A DNA stretch of 64,000 nucleotides from an uncultured Nitrospiraceae bacterium (lineage in GTDB: Bacteria > Nitrospirota > Nitrospiria > Nitrospirales > Nitrospiraceae): NCBI GenBank assembly GCA_963846575.1, contig CAWJWJ010000002.1:2016001-2080000 (forward strand), given 5' to 3'. The notes under the pieces are model-generated. The model was given only the letters and a program-made list of their open reading frames with translations. It was not told the DNA's origin and ran no database searches. The position numbers and the translations under genes are program-made. Shown one piece after another: positions 60,604 to 64,000 of this stretch; position 1 is the stretch's first letter, and each line of letters starts with the position of its first letter.

Positions 60604-61674
60604 CTACTCACTGAGTAGGTCTTGCCGAATATGCTCCACCAGCTGATCAAATGCTGGTGGAGCCGAATCGACTGCACCGCTGACGACTTCCACCGCTCCG
60701 CCGGAACCTACGCCCAGTCCTAGAGCAGCCGCACGTTTGACCTGCCGCTGATCGCCGATCCGTTGGCCCTGGAGCTTGGGCCAGGTGCCGAATGAACGCA
60801 GCAGGGCGATCGCTACCAGGTCCACCGCAACCCGATCGCCGCTACATATCAGGAGGTCCGTCTGCGCCGCGGTACCCGACGTAGGACCGCCTTCGATCAT
60901 GATGGTGGTGCCGTCAGCCACGGTGAGCACGGGATGCACGGCGAGGTTCAATTCGGCGATCCGTTCATGCCAGTCTCCTGTCCAGAACGTGACCGAGGGG
61001 CGATATCTCGGATGGACCGCTCCCACGAAATTTTTCAGGCTGCAGGAGAACTCCGCAAAACGATGCGTTTTGATCACGGGCATGTTGATCACCACGTCGG
61101 CATCGTAGACCGGCTGAGAAAAATAGAACTGCGTGAGAGCCCGAGCCTCAGGTGGTTCCATCCGAACCCACGGTTCATCTTCTAAAGCCAGCACCCTGGC
61201 TCCTGCCGCTTCCGCCGCCGGTCCTATTCCTGTGCTGATCAGATTAGCGGAGGTCGGGAGCCGGATGATCCCCGATCCGTCAGCCACCACGATGTCGGCG
61301 GCGCCGCTGGCCTTGACGAGCCTGGTCATCGCGGCCACCACGGACGGGTTCGTCGTGGAAGGAGGCGGCCGGTCGTTTAACACGTTGGGCTTCAAGAGCA
61401 CTCGCTTCCCTTGTAGCCTCAACCGTTCCGCCCCGCCCAGCAAGTCGATGGCGCGTTGAAGCATCCGAGCCGGATCCTTGCCGTGTACGATTGCCACCAG
61501 TGGCTTCCCATTGTGTACGAAGGGATTCTCAGGAATGGGCCTGGGAGAGACCAGCCGTCCCGCTGGATCGAAAAGCAGATGACCGAGGATGGTCCGTGGT
61601 GAACGCAGCAAGGCCGGGAGCAGCAGCAACCCGAATCCGGCGTTATGGAACAATTCACGCCTGGAAAAAGACAT
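60604..61674 (-). CDS. DUF362 domain protein with Tat-like signal
   Basis: SRRELF; VLLKPN, TTNP.VV, INMPVIKTH, SLKNFVG, GGP, DRVAVD. Confidence 0.88.
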   Translation of the reverse strand: MSFSRRELFHNAGFGLLLLPALLRSPRTILGHLLFDPAGRLVSPRPIPENPFVHNGKPLVAIVHGKDPARMLQRAIDLLGGAERLRLQGKRVLLKPNVLNDRPPPSTTNPSVVAAMTRLVKASGAADIVVADGSGIIRLPTSANLISTGIGPAAEAAGARVLALEDEPWVRMEPPEARALTQFYFSQPVYDADVVINMPVIKTHRFAEFSCSLKNFVGAVHPRYRPSVTFWTGDWHERIAELNLAVHPVLTVADGTTIMIEGGPTSGTAAQTDLLICSGDRVAVDLVAIALLRSFGTWPKLQGQRIGDQRQVKRAAALGLGVGSGGAVEVVSGAVDSAPPAFDQLVEHIRQDLLSE

Positions 61675-61677
61675 CGA

Positions 61678-62076
61678 TTACGAACGGCGGCCTTGTTCGA
61701 TGGGATACCCGGCGTCGCGCCAGGCCTTGATTCCGCCGTCCATGGAGGTGACGTTTGTGTACCCCATTTGCCGGATACTGTCCGCAGCCAGTACCGATCG
61801 ATACCCGCCGCCGCAGTAGAGGACAATCGCATCCTGTTTGTTCGGTATCACCGTTTCGATATCACGTTCGATGACGCCCTTGCCCAGATGCATGGCCCCG
61901 ACTGCATGATCCTTCTCATACTCATTGTCTTCCCGCACATCCACGAAATGCATTCGCTCGTGCCGATCCAGCTTGGCTTTGACCTCCGCGACAGTACATT
62001 CGCGCACCCGCTGTTTGGCTTCTTCCACCACGTTTACAAAACCGGGGTTGTGTTTCACAAACGAGTCTCCCTTCAA
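61678..62076 (-). CDS. Rhodanese-like sulfurtransferase (start may be GTG 62058)
   Basis: VDVRE..EY..H, LYCGGGYRS, MDGGIKAW. Confidence 0.92.
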   Translation of the reverse strand: MKGDSFVKHNPGFVNVVEEAKQRVRECTVAEVKAKLDRHERMHFVDVREDNEYEKDHAVGAMHLGKGVIERDIETVIPNKQDAIVLYCGGGYRSVLAADSIRQMGYTNVTSMDGGIKAWRDAGYPIEQGRRS

Positions 62077-63140
62077 AATAACGATTGTTGTGCTTCAGGA
62101 CGCCGGAAGGTCCGGGGGACCGGACGTTCCTCCGAGATCAAACCGGCGCGGCGGCGGCCAAGGTCAACTAATTGTTCAACACTACGCCAGTAGGTTCCAC
62201 GGCCGTGATGCCGGCTGAAGAATGCGGTATCGTTTAAGGCGCCTCCCCGCACCTCTTGAATGCGATGCACAATTTTTGAGAGCCGATCTGGAAAGGCCTC
62301 GCGCATGCGATCGAGAAACACTTCTTCCACATGTCCGGATAACCGGAGCAAGCTCCACGTTGCGGCCGTCGCCCCGTTGGCCTTGGCCCGCGACAATAGC
62401 CCTGGGATGGCAGCTTCATTCAAACCTGGGATGATCGGCGCGATGGAGATACCGGTCGGAATACCGGCCTCCGAAAGCACACGCATGGTCTCAAAACGTT
62501 TGCTGATGCTGGGTGCTTGCGGTTCCACGGCGCGCGCCGTCTCGTCATCCGCAAAGGCCACACTGAAGTAGACGCGAATCCAGGCTTCTTGGTGCAGTTG
62601 TTGAAATAGGTCCAGATCCCGGATCGGAAGGGCCCCCTTGGTGATGATACCTACCGGGTTCCGATATTCAGCGCAGATTTCAAGGCAGGCCCTCGTCAGG
62701 CCCAGCGTGGCTTCGATGGGTTGGTAGCAATCGGTGTTTCCGGAAAATACAATTAACTCGCCCTTCCAGGATGGTTTGACGAAGGCCTCCCGCAAGAGAG
62801 CCGCCGCCCGCCGCTTGAGAACGAGCTTCGACTCGAAATCCGTGCCGGCGCCGAACCCCAAGTATTCATGGGAGGGCCGAGCGTAACAGTAGGCACACGC
62901 ATGGAAACAGCCACGATAGGGATTAACGCTCCACCGAAAGGGAAGATCCGGACTATCATTGCGGCTCAGGATCTCCTTGGTGTCGTCTTCAAACAATTGA
63001 ATCCCGACAGGTGGCGGCGGTTCGAGGCCCACACGCTGCGTGGGTTCAAACGGATTAGGCGGATTGGACCGGAGCTTCATCACGGGTATCGTGCCGTCGT
63101 CCCCGGGCATTGTCAATTGGCTTTCTACCGCCGTCCCCAT
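62073..63140 (-). CDS. Radical SAM protein, PA0069/SplB-like family
   Basis: NPYRGCFHACAYCYARPSHEYLG, TDCYQP.E, ITKG, PIIPGLN. Confidence 0.92.
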   Translation of the reverse strand: MGTAVESQLTMPGDDGTIPVMKLRSNPPNPFEPTQRVGLEPPPPVGIQLFEDDTKEILSRNDSPDLPFRWSVNPYRGCFHACAYCYARPSHEYLGFGAGTDFESKLVLKRRAAALLREAFVKPSWKGELIVFSGNTDCYQPIEATLGLTRACLEICAEYRNPVGIITKGALPIRDLDLFQQLHQEAWIRVYFSVAFADDETARAVEPQAPSISKRFETMRVLSEAGIPTGISIAPIIPGLNEAAIPGLLSRAKANGATAATWSLLRLSGHVEEVFLDRMREAFPDRLSKIVHRIQEVRGGALNDTAFFSRHHGRGTYWRSVEQLVDLGRRRAGLISEERPVPRTFRRPEAQQSLF

Positions 63141-63161
63141 TCCGCCCTGGGACCGGTTTCA

Positions 63162-63190
63162 TTGACTAACCTGGCATCCAGTGTTAGATT
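63162..63190 (+). promoter_or_regulatory. Putative sigma70 promoter of serS
   Basis: TTGACT-17 nt-TAGATT with extended TG. Confidence 0.6.
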
Positions 63191-63204
63191 TCACGCCGCT
63201 TTAA

Positions 63205-64000
<796 letters not shown>

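Overview
Bacterial chromosome segment of about 60% GC. Gene content and protein style resemble Nitrospira (inference, no search run). Left end: core translation and arginine genes (rplM partial, rpsI, argC, argJ, rpsB-tsf-pyrH-frr-alr). Next is a secreted DUF4403-like gene split at a G10 tract, then small redox and cofactor genes. At 16.4-21.9 kb are three putative cobalamin-dependent radical SAM genes (a tandem B12-binding pair and a DUF512-like enzyme), interrupted by a J-like gene that lacks HPD. An accessory stretch follows (about 22-37.7 kb): a long hairpin element, an SRA-HNH nuclease, pyk, a repeat-flanked LysR/TPMT/truncated-MFS cassette, GH15, an HPF-like gene, a hybrid kinase, DUF2945, a two-gene orphan module and a c-type cytochrome. 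The right half holds nfeD-SPFH, a CHASE3 kinase with NarL-type regulator, a ProA paralog without the catalytic Cys, ltaE, gnd-zwf, a HEAT-repeat/HD-GYP pair, skp, DUF362, rhodanese, a further radical SAM gene and serS (partial). I saw no tRNA, rRNA, CRISPR array or transposase. Best leads: the triple radical SAM cluster, the poly-G frameshift, the Cys-less ProA, a recurring 16-bp palindrome that may define a stress regulon, and the orphan two-gene module at 35.3-35.9 kb.
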